Shown here in pieces: positions 1 through 9,126 of a DNA stretch of 64,000 bases. The translations under genes were made by a program, and so were the position numbers. Below the pieces are notes generated by a model, which was not told the origin of the DNA, ran no database searches, and worked only from the letters and a program-made list of their open reading frames with translations. This DNA comes from an uncultured cyanobacterium (GTDB taxonomy: Bacteria; Cyanobacteriota; Cyanobacteriia; Pseudanabaenales; Pseudanabaenaceae). Every line of letters begins with the position of its first letter. The first letter of the stretch is position 1. The stretch is from positions 2,176,001-2,240,000 of the forward strand of contig OY969811.1 in NCBI GenBank assembly GCA_963703315.1, given 5' to 3'.

Positions 1-588
1 GCAATTAATGATTTATCAAAAGCTGCAAGTCTTTACCATCAATGTAATGCAATTAATGATTGTGAAAGAATAGTAGCAGTTATTAAATCTATCAATGAAG
101 TTAAGTTATTGTCTAATAAGTTGGCTTCTGAGGGATTTTATAATGAAGCTAACGAAGAAATATCTAGAGAAAGAGCAACTACTTCTATTTTAAGGAGGAG
201 GGGACAGCCTAAATTTCGACAAGATTTGTTAGAAGCTTATGATTATTGTTGTGCAATTACAGGCTGTAGTTCTGTGGATGCTCTAGAAGCTGCTCACATC
301 ATATTTTATAACGAAACCCAAAACAATAAGCCCACAAATGGATTGCTTTTGAGGGCTGATATACATACACTCTTTGATTGTGATCTAATAGCAATCGATC
401 CAGACACAATGACGGTATGTGTTGCTCCCAATTTGTTGAAAGACTATGGAGAATTTAATAATAAATCTCTACGACTACCTAAAAATAAAAAGTTGGCTCC
501 TAATATAGAAGCTTTAAAAAGTAGATATGAAAAATATCAAAATCAGACTAGATTTCTAAAGTCAGCATGGATAAAGATAACAACTTAA
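1..588 (+). CDS. HNH endonuclease domain protein (5'-partial; preceded by a TPR-like helix)
   Basis: Frame is open from base 1 ([14 protein letters not shown]...). Motifs [40 protein letters not shown] match the HNH_2 type. Confidence 0.8.
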   Translation, partial: [195 protein letters not shown]

Positions 589-590
589 CT

Positions 591-926
591 ATGAATACAA
601 AATTAGTAGAATCATTAGCTCAAGTCATCGAATCACTTGCACCAGATGAATATGCCCTATTGCAAGAAAAACTAAAATCTCGCGCAATCCAGAAAACCAT
701 CGGCGTATGTGGAGGTCATGCAAGAATCCGCAATACCCGCATTCCCGTTTGGACAATCATCTCATTCCAACAACAAGGAGCCGATACCCCAGAACTTTTA
801 CGCAACTTCCCATTATTAACCATAGACGACTTGAGTAACGCCCGATTTTATTACACTGCACATCAAGAGGAAATTGATCGCGCGATCGCCTCTCACCAAT
901 ACGAACAAGAGGAAGCGATCGCCTAA
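591..926 (+). CDS. DUF433 domain protein, copy 1
   Basis: GVCGGHARIRNTRIPVWTI signature; ATG at 591. Confidence 0.85.
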   Translation: MNTKLVESLAQVIESLAPDEYALLQEKLKSRAIQKTIGVCGGHARIRNTRIPVWTIISFQQQGADTPELLRNFPLLTIDDLSNARFYYTAHQEEIDRAIASHQYEQEEAIA

Positions 927-1082
927 TTCGTATCCAAAAGCAAAATCAACCCAAGTCAAACACACCAGCATTTGTAATTCGTGAATACTAAGGGATATTA
1001 TGCGATCGCACTTGATGATGACAAAAGGCGATCGGCTAAAATTAATCATGACATATCAATCTGAGAGCATAGATTCAAAACT

Positions 1083-1418
1083 ATGAATATAAAACTAGTA
1101 GAATCCTTAGCCCAAGTCATCGAATCCCTTGCACCAGATGAATATGCTCTATTGCAAGAAAAACTAAAATCTCGCACAATCCAGAAAACCATCGGCGTAT
1201 GTGGAGGTCATGCAAGAATTCGCAATACCCGCATTCCCGTTTGGACAATCATCTCATTCCAACAACAAGGAGCCGATACCCCAGAACTTTTACGCAACTT
1301 CCCATCATTAACCATAGACAACTTGAGTAACGCCCGATTTTATTACACTGCACATCAAGAGGAAATTGATCGCGCGATCGCCTCTCACCAATACGAACAA
1401 GAGGAAGCGATCGCCTAA
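1083..1418 (+). CDS. DUF433 domain protein, copy 2
   Basis: Near-identical to copy 1 (4 aa differences), 492 bp downstream. Confidence 0.85.
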   Translation: MNIKLVESLAQVIESLAPDEYALLQEKLKSRTIQKTIGVCGGHARIRNTRIPVWTIISFQQQGADTPELLRNFPSLTIDNLSNARFYYTAHQEEIDRAIASHQYEQEEAIA

Positions 1419-1518
1419 TTCGTATCCAAAAGCAAAATCAACCCAAGTCAAACACACCAGGGCACTGGTCATTGAATTAGTGGTATGAGAAAATAGAGGC
1501 AGAGGAAAGGAGAAAGCT

Positions 1519-1923
1519 ATGGAATGCCCCCACTGCCAGAGCCAAAAGATCATCAAAAATGGCAAACATCACCACCAAGATGGCAAAGCTATCCAGAACT
1601 ATTTGTGTAAAGGATGCGGCAAGAGATTTAGTGAAAGGACAGGAACGCCAATGTCAAGGCTGAGAACACCAGCGAGTGTCGTATCCTTAGCGCTAAAGAT
1701 GAGGAGTGAAGGGATGGGAATCAGAGCCAGTGGGAGAGTCCTCGAAAAATCCCATGTCAGCATCATGAGATGGGAGCAAAAATTGGCAACCCAGTCACAG
1801 CAATGGAGTCCAGATGCCCCAGCAGGAGGAGATATAACAGTCGAGGGAGATGAGGTTTACACTCGCGTAGGCGAGAACCTTCCCCCCCTCAAAGTCAAAA
1901 GGATGGACAGTGACATTCATTGA
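1519..1923 (+). CDS. IS1-family transposase N-terminal ORF (InsA-like Zn ribbon + HTH)
   Basis: CPHC...CKGC zinc ribbon, EGMGIRASGRVL HTH, start of the DDE core (GDEVYT). Confidence 0.85.
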   Translation: MECPHCQSQKIIKNGKHHHQDGKAIQNYLCKGCGKRFSERTGTPMSRLRTPASVVSLALKMRSEGMGIRASGRVLEKSHVSIMRWEQKLATQSQQWSPDAPAGGDITVEGDEVYTRVGENLPPLKVKRMDSDIH

Positions 1924-2515
1924 GCGTAAGAGTCGCTATTGGATTGAGGCAAGGGTAGGACTCAAAACCACTGAATTATTTACTAAAGCAACCAAAACAG
2001 CATGGCAATGGGCAAAGGCAAGTCAATACATCCGATGGTTTACCGATGGCGAAAGACGCTATGCCCAACAACTATGGCAAATGGCAAGTGTGCGCCTCAA
2101 ATCCACTGAAGTAAGTCGTGAGTATGGACATCGCAAGGTATGGCGACATGGCTTAGAAGTTGCGATCAAAATTAAAAGTTCACAGGGAAATCGTCGGGTC
2201 GAATGGCTCAAACCTGAGCATCCCTATACGGCTATTAGCAACAAGTGTGACATTCATGCCAATCACAATGAAGCTAACAACACTGCTTTGAGAAGGAGAT
2301 GTAGTGCCTATCGTCGCAGACAAAACCTATATGCGAAGAATACCGAAGGATTACAACGAGCAGTCACTGTGCAAAGATTAGTTCACAACTGGGTGAGACC
2401 TCATGTGGGCTTAGGGAAGAATAAGACTCCAGTTATGGCGATCGGGCTATATCATCGACCGCTTTCCATGCTGGAGTTGCTTTCACTACGAGGCTTTCAC
2501 TCCCTCACGATTTAA
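1910..2515 (+). CDS. IS1-family transposase C-terminal ORF (DDE core, +1 frame)
   Basis: FTDGERRY, HANHNEANNTALRRR and VHNWVRPH motifs; joins ORF1 across the C7 run at 1882-1888. Confidence 0.85.
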   Translation: MTFIERKSRYWIEARVGLKTTELFTKATKTAWQWAKASQYIRWFTDGERRYAQQLWQMASVRLKSTEVSREYGHRKVWRHGLEVAIKIKSSQGNRRVEWLKPEHPYTAISNKCDIHANHNEANNTALRRRCSAYRRRQNLYAKNTEGLQRAVTVQRLVHNWVRPHVGLGKNKTPVMAIGLYHRPLSMLELLSLRGFHSLTI

Positions 2516-2722
2516 CTGACCAGTGCCCACACCAGCATTTGTAATTCGTGAATACTAAGGGATATTATGCGATCGCACTTGATGATGACAAAAGGCGATC
2601 GCTTTGCTCTCAGGGCTAAACTTTACCTCAACGCCATGAGAGCTAGGTTTTCTCTTTTTCAGAAAATGGCTGTCCCTTCCACGTAACAACAGTAATAAAA
2701 TGGATAAAAATCTGATAATCCT

Positions 2723-3340
2723 ATGAAACAGACAAAATTACCAAAATCTAAAAAGAAAAGCTTCTCTAGCTTCGATCTTGCCTCTGCTTATAAACAGCTA
2801 GGTATCAAAACCTTAACGCATTGGAACTTACCAGACATAGCGATCGCCCCTAGTGAATTTTTTATCGAAAGATTAGACCGCTTGCATCGCAACTTCGATC
2901 TACGGAGTTATGAAGAATCCAAAAAGCTTCTAATCGATGCCTTTTGTGAAGAAGCAATGGATAGCAGCGACAAGCTGAAAATATGGAAAGGAGGAAAAAT
3001 AGAAAGTGATATTTTAGTTGGCAATGCCGATTATCTAATTGCTCCTAGACAGGACTATTTAGATACCCCATTCCTCTGTATTGTTGAAGCCAAACGTGAT
3101 GACTTTGAGCAAGGTCTAGCACAGTGTCTAGTAGAAATGCAAGCCTGTCAATGGGAAAATCGGCAAGCGGAAAAAGAGATTGACGTGTTAGGAATTGTTA
3201 CCAACGGACAGGGATGGATATTTTATAAACTAGCGATCGCAGGAGAAGTCTATGAAACAGGAATGTATACTGCCGATGATACGGCTAAGACATTAGGGGC
3301 TTTGCATTCAGTCTTTCAAGAGTGTGAAAGCAATTTGTAA
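2723..3340 (+). CDS. Putative PD-(D/E)xK nuclease-fold protein (HsdR N-terminal-like, cyanobacterial family)
   Basis: GNADYL...IVEAKRDDFEQGLAQCL...GIVTNGQGWIF motifs. Confidence 0.6.
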   Translation: MKQTKLPKSKKKSFSSFDLASAYKQLGIKTLTHWNLPDIAIAPSEFFIERLDRLHRNFDLRSYEESKKLLIDAFCEEAMDSSDKLKIWKGGKIESDILVGNADYLIAPRQDYLDTPFLCIVEAKRDDFEQGLAQCLVEMQACQWENRQAEKEIDVLGIVTNGQGWIFYKLAIAGEVYETGMYTADDTAKTLGALHSVFQECESNL

Positions 3341-3404
3341 ATCATGGGCGATCGCCTTTTATAGAGATGATTAGTGCGATCACTTTTTGAGATATTGATT
3401 CAGC

Positions 3405-3761
3405 CTACAGTTCTAAATACCTAACTAAAATCTGTTGTATTTCTTCCAATTGATTCGATTCTATTTGCCCAAGACATTGAATCAATCTACGTTTATCAAA
3501 AGTCATAGGATCGACACAGACAACAAAACTATCACTGCTAAGTCCATTCGCAACAGAAGGAACCAAAGGCACAATTACTGGCAGTAGACGATCGCTAGGA
3601 TTAGCAGAAGTAATTGGTAACACAGTTACCTTACTACGCTGATTAAAAGCAGTTCCAGAAACAATCACCGCAGGACGAGTTTTACGAATTTCTGTCCCAA
3701 TGGAAGGATCGAAACTAACTAACCAGATACTTCCCAATCGATAATTGCTGCTTGCTGCCAT
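3405..3761 (-). CDS. PemK/MazF family toxin
   Basis: WLVSFDPSIGTEIRKTRPAVIVS motif. Confidence 0.9.
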   Translation of the reverse strand: MAASSNYRLGSIWLVSFDPSIGTEIRKTRPAVIVSGTAFNQRSKVTVLPITSANPSDRLLPVIVPLVPSVANGLSSDSFVVCVDPMTFDKRRLIQCLGQIESNQLEEIQQILVRYLEL

Positions 3762-3937
3762 GCTGCATCCTCATCATTTGTCAATTCATCCAACAACAAA
3801 CAAGCCTCAACCATTGCCTGCTTTTCCTGTTGTTTCCGCCATGTTTGCAGTAACCCCTCAATGAGCCGACTGCGATTTTCTACGCGATCATCAACGTAGT
3901 GGACTAACTCATCTGGAAGAGAAATAGATACTTTCAT
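3719..3937 (-). CDS. CopG/RHH antitoxin
   Basis: MKVSISLPDELV...NRSRLIE RHH pattern; overlaps the toxin gene. Confidence 0.8.
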   Translation of the reverse strand: MKVSISLPDELVHYVDDRVENRSRLIEGLLQTWRKQQEKQAMVEACLLLDELTNDEDAAWQQAAIIDWEVSG

Positions 3938-4144
3938 AGCTATTTTATACTACTCATAATACTACCTACGGTAGCATGAATATCGAATAGCGATCACCTG
4001 TTGTAGAGATTATTGGTGCGATCGCCTATCCCTCTCTAACTCAACTTCTGACTTTTGAGGCAGTTATTTTTATATACATAGCTCTGTTAGCGATCGCGCT
4101 TAATGATGACAAAAGGCGAGCGCTTCCAGAGGAGTAAAGCTTAT

Positions 4145-4230
4145 ATGCGATCTCCACAAACCTATAAAATCATGAAGGAATTGCGCGATCGCCTGATTAA
4201 GACATATAGAGATCGGTTAATAGCGATCCA
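4145..4230 (+). pseudogene. Possible N-terminal remnant of a nucleotidyltransferase (MNT) gene
   Basis: MRSPQTYKIMKELRDRLIKTYRDRLIAI resembles MNT N-termini, but the following GS motif is absent and the resemblance ends at a HIP1-like site. Confidence 0.35.
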
Positions 4231-4336
4231 CGTAACATCAGTTATCAATTACAGATGTGTGTATATGATAAGTTTTAGGATGTTGTAAACATACTTATCC
4301 AAGTCACATTTCTCCACTTCACTACCCATCAAAACT

Positions 4337-4546
4337 ATGGCAAAAGAACAAGTTGCCCGCCTCTATCGAGCCGCCCAAGCCGATTCTTTTCTTAAAGCTA
4401 GACTAAATCAAGCACCTGATCTAGAAACTTTTGTGAAGCTAGCTCAGGCTGAGGGATATGACTTCACCCTCGAAGAATGGAAGCAAATCACCAATTTTGA
4501 GGTCGAAGAATTAAAGTGTCATCTTTCAGAAATTCCAGGTATTTAA
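4337..4546 (+). CDS. Nif11-like leader peptide family protein
   Basis: MAKEQV..L....ADSFLKARL....DLETFVKLAQAEGYDFTLEE pattern. Confidence 0.8.
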   Translation: MAKEQVARLYRAAQADSFLKARLNQAPDLETFVKLAQAEGYDFTLEEWKQITNFEVEELKCHLSEIPGI

Positions 4547-4578
4547 CTAAGAGGGGCGCAAAGCGCCCCTCTTAGTTA
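4544..4578. repeat. Perfect palindrome with 3-nt loop (REP-like / bidirectional terminator)
   Basis: TAACTAAGAGGGGCGC-AAA-GCGCCCCTCTTAGTTA between convergent genes. Confidence 0.8.
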
Positions 4579-4581
4579 TGG

Positions 4582-6312
4582 TTATGGCTTAACTGGCTTT
4601 GGTTTCAAGCGCTCGATCGCGATCGCCTTATTAATAACAGCCTGAGTTTGACTCGGATTCAGCTTGAGGGCTTGATCAAAGGCAACTAGCGCATCGGCAT
4701 TACTATTGAGTGCCAATAATGCTAGTCCGCGCCCTGTCCAATAGTCGGCATTTTTGACATCGATCGCGATCGCTCGGCTATAGGCGACTGCCGCTTCAGC
4801 ATTGCGTTCAATGGACATCAGCGCCAAGCCAAGATTAAACCACGCCGTGTCTGACTTAGGATTAATCCCGATCGCCTGTTGACTAGCGGCGATCGACTCA
4901 TTAAACCGATTGAGTCGCCATAGCAAAGCCGATTTATTCGTCCAAATGTCAGCAAGAAAGATTTGACTACCAATGTTCGCATCACCTTGAATTGCCTTGT
5001 CATAAGCTTTGAGAGCTTCCTCGGTACGTCCCAATGAGGCAAGAATGCGCCCATGATTGAACCATGCGCTTGATGAATTTTGATTGAGGGCGATCGCTTG
5101 ATTTGTCGATGACAGTGCTAAATCAAACCGCCCCAACGCCCAAAGGGTGGCAGCGCGATTGCCCCAAAAACTTGCTTGATTTGGCTTGAGGGTGATCGCC
5201 CGATTTGCCGAGGCAAGAGCTTCTTCGTACTTACCCAAACCAGTGAGCGCATTTGCCCTCTGATCCCAAGCCCAAGCCGCCCCAAGATAGTCCCATTGCT
5301 GATCCCCTTCTTGAAGAGCCGAGTTACAGGCGGTTAAAGCTTCTTTATACTGACGCAATTGATTTAGAGCCGCACAGGAATTAGCCAGCGCAAGGGAATA
5401 TTTCTCCTTTGCCTTCAGCGCCCATTCCTGTGAAGACAAAGCTTCGGCATAGCGCCCTAATCGCCATAAAATCATCCCCTGCTCCGCCCAAGCCTGAGCA
5501 TTAGTCGGTTCGATCGCCACCGCTTTATCGTAGGCAAATAGGGCTTCATCAAAGCGTTGTAACTGGTTCTGGACTTTGCCCTTAGTTTTCCAAGCGATCG
5601 CTGGAGTCGCATTGCCCCAGTTAGCATTGACCTTGATCGCGCGATCGCAGTCTTGGATCGCATCGGCAGCACGGTCAAGAGCGACAAAAATATCACAGCG
5701 TTCGGTCAGGGCAAGGGAATAATTGGGATTGGAGCGAATTGCTAAACCTAGAGATTCCAATGCCTCAGCAAGTTTACCTTCCCGCTTTAGCAAGGCTCCT
5801 TGGATATACCACACCATCGCAGGAGAAGCATCAGCCCAATTTTTATCAAGGCGTAGGGCTAATTCACAGGATGCGATCGCATCTTCATAACGGGCTAACT
5901 CCATTAACGCACCACAACGTTTTGCCAAAGCGCCTGAATTTTCTGGTTGCAATTTAATAAAGCGATCATAGGACACGACTGCTTCGGTATACATCGCTAA
6001 ACCGACCATCGCATCCCCCCGTTCGAGCCAAGCGATCGGCTCATTAGTATTGAGCGTAATCGCCTGATTGCAAGCCTCAACTGCTTCTTTGTATTTGCGC
6101 GATTTCACCAGCGAACTACAAAGCGATGCCCAATAGTCAAAATCCTGTAACTTGTCCTGCGCGATCGCCACTGGTGTGACCCATAGAGCGATAAATATAG
6201 AGGCGATCGGCAAATTTAGCAGCACGATCATTACTAACCAAAATCGCTTACCTTGTTTGACTGACTGACTGAAAGAACGCAAAATTGTTAACACTCCCAA
6301 TTTCTCAACCAC
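4582..6312 (-). CDS. Tetratricopeptide repeat protein with N-terminal hydrophobic segment
   Basis: Numerous AW..RG.AL..LGRY.EAL.AYDKAI repeats. Confidence 0.9.
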   Translation of the reverse strand: MVEKLGVLTILRSFSQSVKQGKRFWLVMIVLLNLPIASIFIALWVTPVAIAQDKLQDFDYWASLCSSLVKSRKYKEAVEACNQAITLNTNEPIAWLERGDAMVGLAMYTEAVVSYDRFIKLQPENSGALAKRCGALMELARYEDAIASCELALRLDKNWADASPAMVWYIQGALLKREGKLAEALESLGLAIRSNPNYSLALTERCDIFVALDRAADAIQDCDRAIKVNANWGNATPAIAWKTKGKVQNQLQRFDEALFAYDKAVAIEPTNAQAWAEQGMILWRLGRYAEALSSQEWALKAKEKYSLALANSCAALNQLRQYKEALTACNSALQEGDQQWDYLGAAWAWDQRANALTGLGKYEEALASANRAITLKPNQASFWGNRAATLWALGRFDLALSSTNQAIALNQNSSSAWFNHGRILASLGRTEEALKAYDKAIQGDANIGSQIFLADIWTNKSALLWRLNRFNESIAASQQAIGINPKSDTAWFNLGLALMSIERNAEAAVAYSRAIAIDVKNADYWTGRGLALLALNSNADALVAFDQALKLNPSQTQAVINKAIAIERLKPKPVKP

Positions 6313-6429
6313 AGGTTTTGATCTATCCTGTCAAACTCGATAAATTTAATCTGACTAACCTGACATTAAATTTATCATCTTATTTTCGATAGATGTCACT
6401 AGGCAATTTGACTTTATAACAGGTATGCC

Positions 6430-7089
6430 ATGTCCAGACTACTATTTGCTAGCTTTTTTGCAACTATGGCGATCGCTTTGCCTGCTTGGGCTGATCCGAG
6501 TAGCGATCGACTCCAAGCTCTTAATCGTCAACGACTGATCGAAACTAATCGCTGTCAAGGCTGTAACTTACAAAATACAGACCTGAATGGACTAAAACTG
6601 ATTGGGGCAGACTTAACTAAAGCCAATTTGCAAGGGGCAAACCTGCGAAGTACCGATCTCAGGGGCGCAAATTTACAAGAGGCAAATCTCCTCTATGCCG
6701 ATCTTAGTTATGCTGATTTAAGACTTACCAATTTTGGTAAGGCAAATCTGCAAGGTGCAAATCTAAGCAATACCCATTTACTAGAGGCATCCTTTCGCCA
6801 GAGCAACCTCCAAGAAGCTAACCTGACTGATACCTACGCTGATGGCAATGTCGATGTGTTTACCTCCGTCCGTCAATTTGTCGATCTAGAAGGGGCGAAT
6901 CTACTCAAAGCCAATCTCACCAATGCCAAGTTAGGTTTTGCCAATCTCGCAAGTGCCAATCTCAGCGAAGTAAATTTAGTTGATGCCTATCTCGAAAATG
7001 CTTCATTAATCGACGCAAATTTAACAAATGTAAGGTTATGTAACACGACTCTGCAAGATGGCTCCGTAAATAATCAAAATTGCCGTTAG
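6430..7089 (+). CDS. Pentapeptide repeat protein, secreted
   Basis: Signal peptide ending PAWA, CQGCNL, A(N/D)Lxx repeats. Confidence 0.9.
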   Translation: MSRLLFASFFATMAIALPAWADPSSDRLQALNRQRLIETNRCQGCNLQNTDLNGLKLIGADLTKANLQGANLRSTDLRGANLQEANLLYADLSYADLRLTNFGKANLQGANLSNTHLLEASFRQSNLQEANLTDTYADGNVDVFTSVRQFVDLEGANLLKANLTNAKLGFANLASANLSEVNLVDAYLENASLIDANLTNVRLCNTTLQDGSVNNQNCR

Positions 7090-7137
7090 GAAAGCAATGA
7101 ACTAGGATTGCTGTAGAAGTTAAATAAGATCAAATTA

Positions 7138-8331
7138 ATGGCGAAGCTGCGCGAAATTACTGTTTCCACTCAATTGAAAGAACGTTTAGCTCAGGGTCAT
7201 CCTTGGATTTATCGCGATCGCCTACCAAGAGAAGCACGTTTTGAGACGGGGGAATGGGTGCGCGTGAAGTGTGGCGGCTGGACGGGGTTTGGTTTATGGG
7301 ATAACAAAGGACCGATCGCCATTCGCATATTTTCGCAGCGACAGTTACCCGATCCGCGTTGGTTAAAAGCGCGAGTACAGGCTGCGTGGGAACTGAGATC
7401 GCCTTTACGTGAACAGAACTGCACCGCCTATCGTTGGCTCTTTGGTGAAGGTGATGGCTTAGCAGGGATTACCGTTGATCTGTATGGGGAATATGCGGTG
7501 GTGCAGACCTATATGGAAGGCGCAAGTGTTCTCCTTGATTGGTTAGTGAATGCTTTGCTAGCTGTTGCGCCTTTACAGGGGATTTTATGGCGGACAAAGC
7601 ATCTAGAAGGTGCAGAAAATGAGAATCCTTCAGAAAGTAAAACTCAGTTGCTATGGGGTAAAGATCCGAAGGGGGACATTACGGTAAAGGAACATGGACT
7701 ATTGTTTCAGGTCAATTTGCAAACGGGACAAAAAACTGGCTTATTTCTCGACCATCGCGAAAACCGTCGCTTTGTGGGTGAACTTAGCCAAGATAAAACC
7801 GTCCTGAATTGTTTTTCCTACACGGGCGCATTTTCTCTCTATGCCCTGCGGGGCGGCGCGAGTCACGTTACCAATGTCGATATTAGCAAACATTTAGCGG
7901 CAGTGGCAGATGCAAATGTGCGTTTGAATGATTTTGACAGCGATCGCCATACCTTTGTAACTGCTGATTGCTTTGATGTGCTACATCGCTACGCACAGGA
8001 GCAACAAACCTTTGATATGGTGATCCTCGATCCGCCCACTTTTGCCAAGAGCAAGCAAAACCGCTTTGCCGCGATCCGTGCTTACACCAAGCTAAATGCG
8101 ATCGCCCTCAAATGTGTCGCGCCCAATGGTCTGTTAGTTTCCGCCAGTTGCACCAGCCAAGTCAGTCCTGAAGCCTTTAAAGAAATGCTTGCCACTGCTG
8201 CCGAATCTAGCGATCGCCGTATCCAAATTCTCCATGAAGCAGGACAACCCCTCGATCATCCTGTCCCTGCGGCTTTTGCTGAAGGTCGCTATTTAAAGTT
8301 TGTAGTCGGTAAAGTTAATCAGATTTTTTAA
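7138..8331 (+). CDS. RlmI-like class I SAM-dependent rRNA methyltransferase
   Basis: GHPWIY PUA domain, GQKTGLFLDHRENR, LNCFSYTGAFS, ILDPPTF, SASC. Confidence 0.85.
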   Translation: MAKLREITVSTQLKERLAQGHPWIYRDRLPREARFETGEWVRVKCGGWTGFGLWDNKGPIAIRIFSQRQLPDPRWLKARVQAAWELRSPLREQNCTAYRWLFGEGDGLAGITVDLYGEYAVVQTYMEGASVLLDWLVNALLAVAPLQGILWRTKHLEGAENENPSESKTQLLWGKDPKGDITVKEHGLLFQVNLQTGQKTGLFLDHRENRRFVGELSQDKTVLNCFSYTGAFSLYALRGGASHVTNVDISKHLAAVADANVRLNDFDSDRHTFVTADCFDVLHRYAQEQQTFDMVILDPPTFAKSKQNRFAAIRAYTKLNAIALKCVAPNGLLVSASCTSQVSPEAFKEMLATAAESSDRRIQILHEAGQPLDHPVPAAFAEGRYLKFVVGKVNQIF

Positions 8332-8334
8332 TAG

Positions 8335-8406
8335 AGAATGGCGGCGCAAAGCGCCGCCATTCTAACAGTCAAATAAAGCGCTTTGCGCTTTATTTGACTG
8401 TTAGAA
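8335..8406. repeat. Two overlapping palindromes with 3-nt loops
   Basis: AGAATGGCGGCGC-AAA-GCGCCGCCATTCT (8335-8363) and TTCTAACAGTCAAATAAAGCGC-TTT-GCGCTTTATTTGACTGTTAGAA (8360-8406). Confidence 0.8.
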
Positions 8407-9073
8407 GCGCTTGATCGATAGTTTGATAACAAGCTTCGATGGAAGCTCCATTTTGCATTTGTTCGGCAAGAGCAATTAAAACGGAACGGCGATCGCTGAG
8501 TAAATTTTTGGCGTTTAACAATGCCCAACGCTCTTGGGTCATGGGATTAGGTAAATTTGCGATCGCTTGACGTAAGCGCTGAATATCATCTAGACCACCT
8601 TCCGTTGCTCCTGCACACATCATTTGCTCAGCAGCGATACCTGCCATATACACTGTGCAGAAGCGATCCAAGAGATTTACCGAACTAACATCTTCGCTCA
8701 CCTCAATTTCCACGCCGCCTTCGATGCCGTTAAAACTCTCACTAGCTAATACTTCTCCTAAGGACTGACCGACAATTCCCGCGATCGCATAGTTGATTAC
8801 CTTGAATCCTAAGATATGAGCAGCGAGAAAATGTCCTGCTTCGTGATAGGAGACACGCTCACGGTATTGCGGATCTCTTGCCCTCAGCCATGCTTGGAAA
8901 TATGCCCCAAATTTGCCTTGATACACGCCTACATCAATGCCCCATACACTGAGTAAGCTAACTGTGATCGCCACAGGCACAATCGGTGATAAACCCACCA
9001 TTGTGCCAACCAGAGACATCATTGTGATTGTAAAAATAGCGATCGCGAGGAAATCAGTAGCAGTAACATTCAT
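8390..9073 (-). CDS. Membrane-anchored Zn metalloprotease-like protein (FtsH/M41 protease domain without AAA)
   Basis: Two TM segments, HEAGH, MAGIAAE and GGLDD motifs. Confidence 0.75.
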   Translation of the reverse strand: MNVTATDFLAIAIFTITMMSLVGTMVGLSPIVPVAITVSLLSVWGIDVGVYQGKFGAYFQAWLRARDPQYRERVSYHEAGHFLAAHILGFKVINYAIAGIVGQSLGEVLASESFNGIEGGVEIEVSEDVSSVNLLDRFCTVYMAGIAAEQMMCAGATEGGLDDIQRLRQAIANLPNPMTQERWALLNAKNLLSDRRSVLIALAEQMQNGASIEACYQTIDQALLTVK

Positions 9074-9126
9074 GGCAAGATTTCAATCTATGACTCAGCA
9101 TTCCCGTGAAACGAGGTTACTTACTA

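Larger units (their letters stand above)
1461..2527 (+). mobile_element. IS1-family insertion sequence (1067 bp)
   Basis: Terminal IR GGCACTGGTCA / TGACCAGTGCC; 8-bp direct repeat CACACCAG at 1453-1460 and 2528-2535; empty site present in duplicate copy 1 at 961-968. Confidence 0.95.

Noticed and set aside
816..1565. Minus-strand ORFs 816-1049 and 1308-1565
   Set aside because: They are antisense to the duplicated DUF433 unit, share sequence only because of the duplication, and have no recognisable motifs.
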